From IMG/VR virus record IMGVR_UViG_3300027759_000044: a stretch of 64,000 nt of DNA; one strand, given 5' to 3'. A model generated the notes under the pieces. The model had not been told where the DNA came from, did not search any database, and saw nothing but the letters and a program-made list of their open reading frames with translations. The DNA is from a virus. Its lineage: Duplodnaviria > Caudoviricetes. Below are positions 17,001-27,448 of this stretch, in pieces. The position numbers and the translations under genes were made by a program. Position 1 is the first letter of the stretch, and every line of letters begins with the position of its first letter.

Positions 17001-19873
17001 ATATCAACATTACTAGTACCATTTGCGATATTGGCTCCACCGCCCCCTCCACCTGATTGAGCTACCCAAGATAAAGTACCCGATCCATCTGTTTGTAATA
17101 CATAACCACTAGTACCACCAGATATATGTAAATTAGCTACAGCACCCAAAGTAACATTGGCAGTAGTTGTAAAGTTGACCACACCAGTTGCATTGCTTAC
17201 TGTTAATCCAGTTAAGCTACCAACACTTGTAATATTTGGTTGAGCATTTGTATACACTGTACCGGCTACCAATGCATTACCAACTTGACCGGTAACGTTA
17301 GCACCTACGATAGAACTTAATCCATTACCATTACCAGTAAACACTCCTGTATTGGCAGTAAATGCTGAAGCTGTAACGGTTCCGCTAACATCTAAACTTG
17401 TTAAGGTACCAACACTTGTAATATTTGGTTGTGCCGCAGTTGTTACAGTACCGGCTGTAGTTGCACTTCCGGCTGTTGTAGCAGATCCTGCTGTTGCTAC
17501 ACTTAAATTAGCTACTTGAGTAGTACTTGTAACTATAAACGGTGCTGTACCAGTTGTAACATTTGATATGAGTTGAGGTGAGGTAATGTTGGCAGATGCA
17601 AGTACTTGGGCCGTTCCTAAGTTACCTATGTTGGCATTGCCTGCGCCTGTATTTAATGTACCGGCTACGTTAATTCCTGTACCAGTAACAACAACAACAT
17701 TAGCAGTACCTATTGCTGATATATTAACATTGCCATTTGCGGCTGGTATACTTATATTACTATTTCCATTAACAAAGACACCGGTAAAGAAATTAGCAGA
17801 TATTAAATTGGCACCAGTAATATTACCACCTGTACCAGATCCAGCTGTAATATTGCCTGCGATTAAATTTCCAGTTACATTAGCCGTACCTGAAATATTT
17901 GCACCTGTGCCAGTTATTACCAAAACGTTAGCATTGCCAACAGCACTTAAATTTATATTGCCATTTGCGGCCGGTATACTTATATTACTATTACCATTAG
18001 CAAAGACACCGATTAAATTACCACCGGTAATGTTACCTGTAGTAGTAATTGAGTTTGATCCGGCTGCAATAATACCAATAATGTTGCCACCGGTAATGTT
18101 ACCTGTAGTAGTAATTGCATTTGATCCGGCTGCGATAATACCAATAATGTTACCACCTGAGATATTACCTGTAGTAGTAATTGAATTTGATCCGGCTGCA
18201 ATAATACCAATAATGTTACCACCTGAGATATTACCTGTAGTAGTAATTGCATTTGATCCGGCTGCGATAATACCAATAATGTTACCACCAATGATATTGC
18301 CTGTACCTGTATTTAAGGTGCCTGCTACATTGACCCCTGTACCACTAACTACCATTGTTGTATTTCCAACAGCAGTAAAGTTTATATTGCCATTAGCAGC
18401 CGGTATGTTAACATTACTATTACCATTGCTGATATTAGAACTGCCACCTCCACCGGATTGTGCTACCCAAGATAGAGTACCTGATCCATCTGTTTGTAAT
18501 ACATAACCACTAGTACCACCAGATATATGTAAATTAGCTACAGCACCCAAAGTAACATTGGCAGTAGTTGTAAAGTTGACCACACCAGTTGCATTGCTTA
18601 CTGTTAAGCCAGTTAAACTGCCGACCGACGTTATATTTGGTTGAGCGTTGGTTGTTACTGTACCGGCTGTTGTAGCAGTACCCGAAGTAGCTACGCTTAA
18701 ATTAGCAACTTGAGTAGTACTTGTAACTACAAATGGTGCTGTGCCTGTAGCTATATTTGATATGAGTTGAGGTGAAGTAATGTTGGCAGAAGCAAGTACT
18801 TGTGCTGTGCCTAAATTACCTATGTTAGCATTGCCTGTTACTGTTAAAGATGTTAATGATCCAACACTAGTAATGTTTGGCTGAGCATTAGTTGTTAATG
18901 TACCGGTGAAATAATTAGCAGATACTAAATTAGCCCCTGTTATATTACCACCTGTACCAGATCCAGCACTAATATTACCTGCACTTAAATTACCAGTAAT
19001 GTTTGCTGTACCTGCTATATTTGCACCGGTACCAGTGATTACTAAGATGTTAGCATTGCCGGCGGATGATATATTAACATTACCATTTGCGGCCGGAATG
19101 TTTATATTGCTATTACCATTTGCTAGTATACCAATAAAATTACCTGATGTAGTATTACCAGTTACTGCTAATGAACTCAATGTACCAACTGAAGTTATAT
19201 TTGGTTGAGCATTTGTATATACCGTACCGGAAATCAATGCGTTACCTACTTGGCCGGTTACATTAGCACCTACTATTGAACTTAGTCCATTGCCATTACC
19301 AGTAATTATTCCTGAGCCAGTGTTCAATGTACCGGCTACATTAACTCCTGTACCAGTAACAATCATTATATTTGCGTTACCCACAGCACTAAAGTTTATA
19401 TTACCATTTGCGGCTGGTATATTTACATTACTATTACCATTGCTGATACTGCTAGTTGAACCAGATGTTACTGTAGCCCAAGTTAATGTACCTGAACCGT
19501 CTGTTTGTAGATATTGACCACTAGAGCCTCCTGTGATATGTACATTACCAACAGCACCAAGTGAAGTATTACTTGTATTAGAAAAGTTTACAATGCCATT
19601 ACTTGTTAGTCCGGTTAATGTACCAACACTAGTGATATTTGGTTGTGCATTTGTATATACAGTGCCGGAAACTAATGCGTTACTTACTTGTCCGGTTACG
19701 TTTGCGCCCTGAATATTACTTAGATTATTACCAGATCCTATGAAGAAATTAGCTGTTGCTGTATTACCAAGATTAGCGTTAAGTGAAGATAGGTTACCCG
19801 TAGCTGTTACGTTATTGAACGTAAAGTTACCTGTTGTGTCTACGATGTAGGGTTCTATCAGTATTAAAGCCAT
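14066..19873 (-). CDS. Very long modular tail-fibre-like protein (1935 aa)
   Basis: Repeated AQPNITSVG, NGNSNVNIPAANGN, GYVLQTDGSG.LSW and GTAPFVVTSTTQVANL modules; C-terminal globular domain (TGTPYDGQKL...YDYMGWIYN...W). Confidence 0.8.
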   Translation of the reverse strand: MALILIEPYIVDTTGNFTFNNVTATGNLSSLNANLGNTATANFFIGSGNNLSNIQGANVTGQVSNALVSGTVYTNAQPNITSVGTLTGLTSNGIVNFSNTSNTSLGAVGNVHITGGSSGQYLQTDGSGTLTWATVTSGSTSSISNGNSNVNIPAANGNINFSAVGNANIMIVTGTGVNVAGTLNTGSGIITGNGNGLSSIVGANVTGQVGNALISGTVYTNAQPNITSVGTLSSLAVTGNTTSGNFIGILANGNSNINIPAANGNVNISSAGNANILVITGTGANIAGTANITGNLSAGNISAGSGTGGNITGANLVSANYFTGTLTTNAQPNITSVGSLTSLTVTGNANIGNLGTAQVLASANITSPQLISNIATGTAPFVVTSTTQVANLSVATSGTATTAGTVTTNAQPNITSVGSLTGLTVSNATGVVNFTTTANVTLGAVANLHISGGTSGYVLQTDGSGTLSWVAQSGGGGSSNISNGNSNVNIPAANGNINFTAVGNTTMVVSGTGVNVAGTLNTGTGNIIGGNIIGIIAAGSNAITTTGNISGGNIIGIIAAGSNSITTTGNISGGNIIGIIAAGSNAITTTGNITGGNIIGIIAAGSNSITTTGNITGGNLIGVFANGNSNISIPAANGNINLSAVGNANVLVITGTGANISGTANVTGNLIAGNITAGSGTGGNITGANLISANFFTGVFVNGNSNISIPAANGNVNISAIGTANVVVVTGTGINVAGTLNTGAGNANIGNLGTAQVLASANITSPQLISNVTTGTAPFIVTSTTQVANLSVATAGSATTAGSATTAGTVTTAAQPNITSVGTLTSLDVSGTVTASAFTANTGVFTGNGNGLSSIVGANVTGQVGNALVAGTVYTNAQPNITSVGSLTGLTVSNATGVVNFTTTANVTLGAVANLHISGGTSGYVLQTDGSGTLSWVAQSGGGGGGANIANGTSNVDIPASGGNVNTSVGGTANVLVVTSTGANVAGTFNVSGQSNLGAVGNVVITGGTSSQYLQTDGAGNLSWASISSSSTLANGNSNVSIPVANGNVNISAVGNTVMVITGTGANIVGTANITGNVVGANFVGKLANGNSNITITSNANITLFVAGNATARANFTTTGANITGTANITGLVTGANFTTTGANGTVQSNNITITGAASGVANVLATMGNMGLRTVASTYTDTSAAATIANGAIHYIATPTIVGSNAMTYTNLATFYIASNPTASTNATVTTSYAMFVASGDTYLGGNLNTGGGTGGNISGANVISATTITAAGNATVGNLIAGSGSGGNITGANVIFANSIVAGGGSGGNISGANVITANTFIGVFANGNSNVSIPAANGNINFSAVGNANVVVITGTGVNVAGTLNTGTGNILGGNIIGIIAAGANAITTTANITGGNLLGPHANGNSNVNIPAANGNINFTAVGNTTMVITGTGANIVGTLNTGTGNILGGNIIGIIAAGANAITTTANITGGNLLGVFANGNSNVSIPAANGNVNISATGAANVLVVTSTGSNITGTLNVSGNATVGNLISSGSGGNISSANVISANTFLASNTITSPQLISNVATGTAPFVVTSTTRVGNLSVDYANVADFINVTTATTGTYYPIFANAVTGNVAESANTNLSYNAATSTLSATLFTGTLTTAAQPNITSTGSLTGLTVSNATGVVNFTTTANVTLGSVSNLHISGGTSGYYLQTDGSGGLSWAAGGGGGGGSPGGSNTQLQYNNAGAFGGISTATYASGVLSLGSNADIKITGGTSGQFLSTDGAGNLSWATGGGGGGGGANIANGTSNVNIATSGGNITMGVGGVANVVVVSTTGISAALKPRVVAIADSLSVTINADITDMATQTNTGSGTVTINAPTGTPYDGQKLLFRIQSTNSLTFSFNAIFNGSTDLAPPTVTSGSNKYDYMGWIYNSPDSSWNLISRNFGFA
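17082..17206. repeat. 125-bp exact direct repeat (second copy 18483-18607)
   Basis: Base-by-base comparison of the two segments shows identity; offset 1401 bp. Confidence 0.9.
18020..18290. repeat. 66-bp coding tandem repeat, about 4 copies (GNIIGIIAAGSN[A/S]ITTTGNI[S/T]G)
   Basis: GATCCGGCTGC recurs at 18057, 18123, 18189 and 18255. Confidence 0.9.
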
Positions 19874-19925
19874 TTTTTATCCTATTATACTATATTTAGT
19901 CTTTTTATTCATGGAGGTCATCTGT

Positions 19926-22900
19926 TTAATATATTGGGAAAGCACTTGTTGGGGCGGTGAAGTTACTTGTATAACGTGCATACCCTTTTGTAACGCGGAG
20001 ATCGTCTATGTAACCATTTAGACCATTCGTTCCGAGGTTAGTTCCATCTCCGCCTATAAATGGTCTTAATGCGGCATTTAAATATACATTTGTGTCTGTA
20101 TATGTAGATCCAGATTGTATTCCATTAACAAATAATTTAGTGCTTGTGCTTGATCTTGAAACTGCAATGTGATACCACTGGCTTGTGGATAAAGTGCTTC
20201 CAGTAATTCTATTTGCTGAGTTAGTGTAATAATAAAGCGTGGACCCACTCATATAAAGAGTTGGATATACTCCACCGGCTAACGGTCTTTGGTCATAAAA
20301 AACCTGTGTCCCACTAACAGAATTTAAATAAAGCCACATTTCAATTGTAAAATCTCCACTACCAAATGCATACAAATCAGTTGTTGCGGCATTACTTGTT
20401 AGATAATCACCAGTACCATCAAAAAACATACTGCTTCCGCCAAACTTACTTATTGCTGTACTTAGTTTTGCATCACCAACAGTTTCCATATTATTCATCA
20501 TTGCGGCATCGTAGATACCAGCACTAGTCATATTAGTTAATATACTTGTATTTTGTACTGCTGTTAATGGTGCTGACGGTGGTACAAAGTTACTGGTGTA
20601 TAGTGCGGTACCGTTTAATAGGCGAGCATCTGATAGATATCCAAAATAATACTCTACACCAGGACCGGGGTTAGTACCAATAACACAGGCAGCATTAGTA
20701 AACGCAGTGGATGTGGTCCAAGAATTAGTGCTAACAACGCCATTGATATATATATAAACTATTCCACTGTTTCTAACTACAGCAACATGATTCCATGCAT
20801 TTAACGTCATTGCATTACTGGATGTTACTACAAAACTTGAGTTAGAGTAAATAAAAATATTACCCGCGGAGTTCAATCCAACATGTAATCCCGTAGAGTT
20901 AATAGTGTTTGTATTTGACCAAATGCCTTTGTAGCTTGAGAATGCAGTTGGATATAACCATGTTTCAAAAGTAAAAGCTGCACTAAGACTAAAAACATTA
21001 TTAGTTGGTGCTGTTAAATAATCCCCAGTACCATCAAAGTAACCACTACCGCCGATTGTACTTACTGTATAGCCATTTGTAGTTGCACTAGTAAAACCGA
21101 ATGGATTTTGTTGTGTTGGTTGGCTATTACCAAATGCAGATATAGTAAAGTTGTTTGTACTGTTATCTATAAATGTTGGTGATTGACATGTTAATAAACT
21201 TGTACCAGATATTGCTGTTAGGGGACTTGTTGGAGGTGTGAATGCTGATGTATACACTGCGGTACCTTTAACTATACGGGCATTAGAAATATATCCTGTT
21301 ACATATTCACCATTATATGCACCGTTTCTACCAATAGCAACTATTTGAGTTGAGTCAGTTATGGCTAAACTTCCCATATTCAATGCAGTAGATTGAACTC
21401 CATTTACATATATATAAACACTGGCTCCGTTACGAACTCCTGCTAGGTGTACCCATGTGTTTGTAGAAATTGCAGATGCCGCTGTAGCAAAATACATAGC
21501 ACCGGCATAACCTACTCCTATTTTAGGTGTTCCACTGTTAACATTAAGGACAAAACTCATAGAACCCTGAGAACCACCTGAATCACAGGTTCCGATTACT
21601 ATCTGAGAACCGGAAATTGTTGATAAATTTACCCAGCATTCAATTGTAAAGTCTCCGGCTCCCATAGTAAAGGTAACATTATCCGGAACACTTATATAAT
21701 CTCCAGTACCATCAAAATAACCACTATAACTAGTTGGGGTTAATGATGATGGATTGAATGGTGAGAAACGCTGTACTGTTGGTGTACCTGATATAGTAAC
21801 TGCGTATCTGTTAGGACTGTTGTCAACAAATGATTGAGATTGGCAAGTTAGTAGGGATGTATTGGCTATTGCAGTTAATGGTGTAGTTGATGGCGTAAAC
21901 GTTGATGTGTAAACTGCTGTTCCGTTAACAATGCGTAAATTACTAATATAACCATTATATCCACCTGATGCTCCGGGATCACGACCAATATATGTAGTTT
22001 CTAAAGAACCAACAGTTCCAGAATTTGTATAAGTTGCCGCATCAGCAACACCATTAATATAAATCTTAGCAATGCCTGAGCTTCTTACTAATGCTATGTG
22101 AGTCCATGTATTTAACGAAACAGTAAGAGATGTTGTTATTCTTACTGATGCTGGTGTGTAGTAAGAAACTGTTCCATTTGTATTAATCCATAATTCCCAT
22201 GTCTGACCAATAATTACGCCATTGTTTGGCAAACTTGTTACGTACACCCAACATTCAACTGTAAAGGCAGCCGTCATTGCTTGAATTGTTGTTTGAATAT
22301 AGTTTGATTGTCCGTTATTAAAATAGTTACTCCAGTTACCACCGTATGGCGAGAATGTACCTTGAGTAGTATTACCAGCTCTTGTTACTAAAAAGTTATT
22401 ACTACTGTTATCTAAAAATACACTATTGTTTACTGATTGATTGTTTTGTAATACTAATAAACTTGTATTTGCTATAGCGGTTAAGGGTGCTGATGGTGGT
22501 GTGAATATTTGAGTGCCGGTAGTTGTACTGCTTGTTTGATAACCAGCTGGAATTGATCCTTTGATTATGCGAAGGTCAACTAGATATCCGTTAAGGGCAG
22601 TTCCACTATAACCTGTACCAATATTTAATTGACTAACAGATGAAACATTTTGTGATGCGCCGGTTGTATAACTAGATAGATTACCATTTAAGAATCCACG
22701 AATAACAGAACCACTTCTTGTATAAACAAGATGGTGCCATACCTTAGGAGTAATAGATCCTATTGAATAAGCAGTACCTACTACATATAAAGAAGATGTG
22801 CTAGTGTTTAATGTCCAATCAAACCCAGATCCATTATAGTCAGAAGTCGCACATATCCTATCAAACGTTCCAGTGCTAATACTGTTTGCGTATAACCATA

Positions 22901-24686
22901 CTTCTAAAGTAAAATCACCAGTACCAAATGCAAATACTGAATTGCCCGGAACAGTTAAGTAATCCCCGGTACCATCAAAGTATCCACTACCATATGTACT
23001 ATAACTGGTGTTTGGCGTGAAGGGTTGGAATGAACTTGCTTGCGTTGATGTGCCGGCTGTAAGCGTATACGTATTTGTACTATTATCAATAAAACGATTA
23101 CTTTGACTTGTCAATAAACTTGTATTTGCTATAGCCGTTAACGGTGAAGTAGGTGGTGTAAATGCCGCTGTATACAATCCAGTACCTTTAAGGATACGAA
23201 TATTAGATAGATATCCAGGAAAATATCCTACCCCATCATTTGCTCTACCGATATAAAATCCTCCGGCTTGTTCTCCGGAATTTGTAATATTAACTGAAGA
23301 AGCTTGAGTTGATCCTATCTGTACACCGTTAATAAATGCTCTAATGCTTCCACTGGCTCTACAGATAGCAAGGTGTACCCATTGATTAGGTGTAATTGTA
23401 TATGCGAAATCATAACCAACTGCCGGAGCATTACAAAAGAATGAAATTTTATATGTTGGTGAACCGTAAAAATATATACTCCAAACTCCAAACACAGTTG
23501 AGCCGGCATTAAGATTACCCATTAAACATGTGCCAGCCGGTATTGATGCAAAATTAACCCAACATTCAACTGTAAAATCACTAGTACCAAATACTAAAGT
23601 TGCCGGTACTGTTGATCCAATATTTAGAGAACTTGTACTACCATTAAAATAATTACTGTAATAACCCGGTGTATACGGATTAAAACTGTTTGGCTTTGTA
23701 TCACCAAAAATACTTACAGCAAAGTTATTTGTACTAGCATCATCTACAAACGTTGTACTTGCTCCTGGTATCAATAATGTATTATACTCAAAATAAGTAT
23801 CATTCGCTACTGTAATACTCCAATTGATAGTTCTAGTAGCAGTACGATTTGTTGTCGCAGCCGTAGCTGTTAACAATGTACTACTATCAGCTATCACAGT
23901 TGGCGTACCGGATATATTAGAACCACTTAAACTTAATCCAGTTGGTAATGCATTAGCACTATAACTAACATTATAACCAGCGGCATCAGTCGCACTTAAT
24001 GCTACATTAGAAATAGCACTGTTAACCGCACTGGTATATGTTGTAGCATTTGCTGGACTAACCCATGTAACAGCATCAACATTAATCGTTAAACTGAAAC
24101 TTCTTGTACTATCTTGTAATTGAGCATCGGTTGCTTGTATCGTAAATGAATATGTTGTGCTACTACTATCTACTGGTGCTGTACCAGTTATGACACCATT
24201 AGCATATAATGTAGAACCAGTTGGTAATGAACCAGAAAATAGTGAATAAGTTATTGGGGCATCACCACTAGCAACAACAGTATTAGATATACTTGTTGTC
24301 TCATAGTAACTACCTAATGATCCGGCTGCTGTTGTCCAAGTTGGTAACACGCTATAGATGATGCCAGGAATAAATATTGCCGTACCACCATCTGGGTTTA
24401 CCGCATAGATTGTATATGTGCCTGCACTTTTTGCAGGACTTGTAAATGTTAAACGATTTGGATTAACATAAGTTACTACTGCTACAGCACTACCATCAAA
24501 TGTAATAGTTGCGCCCGCTAAAAAGCCAGTACCATTAATCTGTACCGTTTGACCACCGGCTGGGTCTAATGCAGTATCATCTAATCCGCCAACACTATAA
24601 CCAGAGATAGTTGGAGGTAAAGGTTTTAATGCGTTAATGACACTTACGCTAGTTACAAGGTCATTTACAACTGAGGTTATACTCAT
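19926..24686 (-). CDS. Virion adhesin: IPT/TIG, putative Ig domains and six LamG/ConA-like domains (1586 aa)
   Basis: GGQTVQINGTGF...TF..PAKSAGTY (IPT); LPTG.TL...G.I.GT (Ig-like, twice); six units of FTxExW...W.H.A..R......NG...LRI..G...FT.PT. Confidence 0.85.
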   Translation of the reverse strand: MSITSVVNDLVTSVSVINALKPLPPTISGYSVGGLDDTALDPAGGQTVQINGTGFLAGATITFDGSAVAVVTYVNPNRLTFTSPAKSAGTYTIYAVNPDGGTAIFIPGIIYSVLPTWTTAAGSLGSYYETTSISNTVVASGDAPITYSLFSGSLPTGSTLYANGVITGTAPVDSSSTTYSFTIQATDAQLQDSTRSFSLTINVDAVTWVSPANATTYTSAVNSAISNVALSATDAAGYNVSYSANALPTGLSLSGSNISGTPTVIADSSTLLTATAATTNRTATRTINWSITVANDTYFEYNTLLIPGASTTFVDDASTNNFAVSIFGDTKPNSFNPYTPGYYSNYFNGSTSSLNIGSTVPATLVFGTSDFTVECWVNFASIPAGTCLMGNLNAGSTVFGVWSIYFYGSPTYKISFFCNAPAVGYDFAYTITPNQWVHLAICRASGSIRAFINGVQIGSTQASSVNITNSGEQAGGFYIGRANDGVGYFPGYLSNIRILKGTGLYTAAFTPPTSPLTAIANTSLLTSQSNRFIDNSTNTYTLTAGTSTQASSFQPFTPNTSYSTYGSGYFDGTGDYLTVPGNSVFAFGTGDFTLEVWLYANSISTGTFDRICATSDYNGSGFDWTLNTSTSSLYVVGTAYSIGSITPKVWHHLVYTRSGSVIRGFLNGNLSSYTTGASQNVSSVSQLNIGTGYSGTALNGYLVDLRIIKGSIPAGYQTSSTTTGTQIFTPPSAPLTAIANTSLLVLQNNQSVNNSVFLDNSSNNFLVTRAGNTTQGTFSPYGGNWSNYFNNGQSNYIQTTIQAMTAAFTVECWVYVTSLPNNGVIIGQTWELWINTNGTVSYYTPASVRITTSLTVSLNTWTHIALVRSSGIAKIYINGVADAATYTNSGTVGSLETTYIGRDPGASGGYNGYISNLRIVNGTAVYTSTFTPSTTPLTAIANTSLLTCQSQSFVDNSPNRYAVTISGTPTVQRFSPFNPSSLTPTSYSGYFDGTGDYISVPDNVTFTMGAGDFTIECWVNLSTISGSQIVIGTCDSGGSQGSMSFVLNVNSGTPKIGVGYAGAMYFATAASAISTNTWVHLAGVRNGASVYIYVNGVQSTALNMGSLAITDSTQIVAIGRNGAYNGEYVTGYISNARIVKGTAVYTSAFTPPTSPLTAISGTSLLTCQSPTFIDNSTNNFTISAFGNSQPTQQNPFGFTSATTNGYTVSTIGGSGYFDGTGDYLTAPTNNVFSLSAAFTFETWLYPTAFSSYKGIWSNTNTINSTGLHVGLNSAGNIFIYSNSSFVVTSSNAMTLNAWNHVAVVRNSGIVYIYINGVVSTNSWTTSTAFTNAACVIGTNPGPGVEYYFGYLSDARLLNGTALYTSNFVPPSAPLTAVQNTSILTNMTSAGIYDAAMMNNMETVGDAKLSTAISKFGGSSMFFDGTGDYLTSNAATTDLYAFGSGDFTIEMWLYLNSVSGTQVFYDQRPLAGGVYPTLYMSGSTLYYYTNSANRITGSTLSTSQWYHIAVSRSSTSTKLFVNGIQSGSTYTDTNVYLNAALRPFIGGDGTNLGTNGLNGYIDDLRVTKGYARYTSNFTAPTSAFPIY

Positions 24687-25012
24687 GTCAACTCTGATCC
24701 AAATAAGTTAAAACTAACTGTAGTTGTGTTAGCTCTTACTGTAACAACATCAGTTGTTGCTAATGTAATACCAATAGTCATTGTAATACTGTCATTAGCA
24801 TTTACGTTAGTATCATATGAGATATACTGTGATGTTGCAATTGCAGCTCCAGCTGGTCGTACTGCAACACGAAATGTTGCGGCACTTGCTGCCTGATTAC
24901 AAATTACAATTGTACTACATACTGCTGAGGTTGCTGATGGTACTGTATACAAATCTGAATTTGTATTTGCTGCCGGGTTACTTTGCCCTAAAACTTTATA
25001 TGTGATTGCCAT
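24683..25012 (-). CDS. Small beta-sandwich virion protein (109 aa)
   Basis: YKVLGQSNP...DLYTVP...STIVICNQ...FNLFGSEL; coupled to the LamG gene by ATGA. Confidence 0.65.
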   Translation of the reverse strand: MAITYKVLGQSNPAANTNSDLYTVPSATSAVCSTIVICNQAASAATFRVAVRPAGAAIATSQYISYDTNVNANDSITMTIGITLATTDVVTVRANTTTVSFNLFGSELT

Positions 25013-25021
25013 GTTATTTCC

Positions 25022-27415
25022 TTATGCTCCCATTAACAAGAACGGGCTTAATAAATCTTGTGCGGTTATTCCACCACCGCCACCTCCGGTACCGGTAGTA
25101 AATGTTGTTACTTCTATTGGTGCTGTGTTTGGTGGGGCAGAACTAAATGTAATTACATTTCCAGTTAACGAATACACTGTTCTTGGCTGAAAAGTACCCG
25201 CAATACTAACTAATGTATAATTAATATTTGCCGGAGTAGCTGTTAAGGTGTATGCTGTTTGAACACCGTTACCGGTAAAATCATCTACTGCGATATTTGT
25301 ACCAGATGCCGATGACCAACTCAAGTTACCAGATCCATCAGTACTTAAAACATACGTATTCGAACCACCTGAAATATGTAAGTTAGCTACTGCTCCCAAT
25401 GTGACGTTAGCACCACTAAGTGCTACGTTACCAGTGATATTTGAATAGCCACTAATGTTTGCACCTGTACCAGTAATAACTACTACATTGGCATTGCCCA
25501 CAGCACTAAAGTTGATATTGCCATTTGCTGATGGAATGCTAACATTACTATTGCCGTTGCTTATATTACTTGTACTACCGCCACCTGATTGGGCTACCCA
25601 AGATAAAGTACTAGATCCATCTGTACTTAATACATACCCATTAGTACCACCGCTGATATGTAAATTAGCAACAGCCCCCAATGATACATTAGCTGTGGTT
25701 GTAAAATTAACTATACCGGTTGCATTACTTACGGTAAGCCCACTTAAATTACCAACACTTGTTATGTTAGGTTGTGCCGCAGTTGTTACCGTACCCGATG
25801 TTGCTACATTTAAATTAGCCACTTGAGTCGTACTTGTGACTACGAATGGTGCTGTACCAGTTGCTATATTTGATATAAATTGAGGTGTTGTGATGTTAGC
25901 TGAGGCTAATACTTGTGCTGTGCCCAAATTACCTACATTAGCATTACCCGTACCTGTATTTAATGTACCTGCTACATTGACACCAGTACCAGTAATTACC
26001 ATTACAGTATTTCCAACGGCTGATATGTTAACATTGCCATTAGCTGCCGGTATATTTACATTGCTGTTTCCATTTGATATACTTGATAGTGTTATACCAG
26101 TTAAATATACACCATTACCAGTAAAGAAATTAGCTGATGCGTTGTTACCTAAACTAGCGTTACCAGAACGAATATTAGCTAATGAAGTAAATGTTACCAC
26201 TTCGGATGTTATACCTACATTAGCACCAAAGGCTATTTCAGCATTGCTTACATCCCATCCCATCCAAGCAATTTTTGCGCTTGTGTCATAATAATTTAAT
26301 GCTGTACCAACATCTTTTCCACTATTGGCAACCGGAGCAGCACCGTTTGGTCCTGTTTGTAAATTAATGATTGGATCACTAATTGATAATGTAGTTGAAT
26401 TGATATATGTTAATGTACCATTAACTGTTAGGTTGCCACCAAAAACACCATTACCTGATACTGATAAATCTGTTAATGTGCCTACACTTGTAATATTTGG
26501 TTGAGCATTTGTATATACTGTACCAGCTACCAATGCGTTAGCCACTTGTCCAGAAATATTAGCAGCCTGAATATTACTTAAATTATTACCACTACCAACA
26601 AAATAGTTAGCTGTTACAGCATTACCTAAATTAGCATTGCCGGATGATATGTTACCAGTAACAGATAAACTTGTTAATGATCCAACACTAGTAATGTTTG
26701 GCTGAGCATTAGTTGTTAATGTACCAGTAAAGAAATTAGCAGATACTAAATTAGCTCCGGTTATATTACCGCCCGAACCGGATCCAGCACTAATATTACC
26801 TGCACTTAAATTACCGGTAATATTAGCCGTTCCAGATATGTTTGCGCCAGTGCCAGTGATTACTAAAATATTGGCGTTACCCACTGCGCTAATATTGACA
26901 TTGCCATTAGCTGAAGGTATATTTACATTACTGTTACCGTTTGCTAATCCTGCGGTTGTAATACCGGTTAAGTATATACCATTACCAGTAAAGAAATTAG
27001 CTGATGCGTTATTACCTAAATTAGCATTGCCGGCTGATATATTACCTGTTATATTAGCTGTGCCTGATATATTTGCACCAGTTCCAGTAATCACTAAAAT
27101 GTTAGCATTACCTACGGCTGATATGTTAACATTGCCATTAGCTGAAGGTATGTTTACATTACTATTACCATTGCTAATAGAAGCACTGATGCTTGATTGT
27201 GCGGCCCAACTTAAATTACCAGTACCATCTGTCTGTAATACATAACCATTAGTACCACCGGTAATTTTAACATTACCTACTGCTCCTAAATTTGCTGAAC
27301 TTGTGACACTGATATTTCCAAGGAAGTAATTTGCCTGTACGTTTGCATTAGCAGAATGCAATGATATATTTCCGGTCGTGAGGCCGTTCTTTACGTTAAA
27401 ATATTTAAATGACAC
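25022..27415 (-). CDS. Modular fibre/baseplate protein (797 aa, GTG start)
   Basis: KYFNVKNG..TGNI N-terminus; same repeat modules as its neighbours; C-terminal FTGNG...Y.L...P.....LVSIAG..Q....Y...GN.ITF..AP unit. Confidence 0.8.
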   Translation of the reverse strand: MSFKYFNVKNGLTTGNISLHSANANVQANYFLGNISVTSSANLGAVGNVKITGGTNGYVLQTDGTGNLSWAAQSSISASISNGNSNVNIPSANGNVNISAVGNANILVITGTGANISGTANITGNISAGNANLGNNASANFFTGNGIYLTGITTAGLANGNSNVNIPSANGNVNISAVGNANILVITGTGANISGTANITGNLSAGNISAGSGSGGNITGANLVSANFFTGTLTTNAQPNITSVGSLTSLSVTGNISSGNANLGNAVTANYFVGSGNNLSNIQAANISGQVANALVAGTVYTNAQPNITSVGTLTDLSVSGNGVFGGNLTVNGTLTYINSTTLSISDPIINLQTGPNGAAPVANSGKDVGTALNYYDTSAKIAWMGWDVSNAEIAFGANVGITSEVVTFTSLANIRSGNASLGNNASANFFTGNGVYLTGITLSSISNGNSNVNIPAANGNVNISAVGNTVMVITGTGVNVAGTLNTGTGNANVGNLGTAQVLASANITTPQFISNIATGTAPFVVTSTTQVANLNVATSGTVTTAAQPNITSVGNLSGLTVSNATGIVNFTTTANVSLGAVANLHISGGTNGYVLSTDGSSTLSWVAQSGGGSTSNISNGNSNVSIPSANGNINFSAVGNANVVVITGTGANISGYSNITGNVALSGANVTLGAVANLHISGGSNTYVLSTDGSGNLSWSSASGTNIAVDDFTGNGVQTAYTLTATPANINYTLVSIAGTFQPRTVYSLTGNVITFSSAPPNTAPIEVTTFTTGTGGGGGGITAQDLLSPFLLMGA

Positions 27416-27448
27416 AGTTCCATATTCCCTGTTTACGAATTATATTAT

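Noticed and set aside
13736-18290. Regular 12-bp and 66-bp repeats as a possible CRISPR or guide array
   Set aside because: Units are contiguous, in frame and coding, with no unique spacers; no cas-like gene.
18851-26815. Repeat pairs as DGR template/variable regions or invertible segments
   Set aside because: Differences are mostly synonymous and not adenine-specific; repeats are direct; no reverse transcriptase or invertase in the window.
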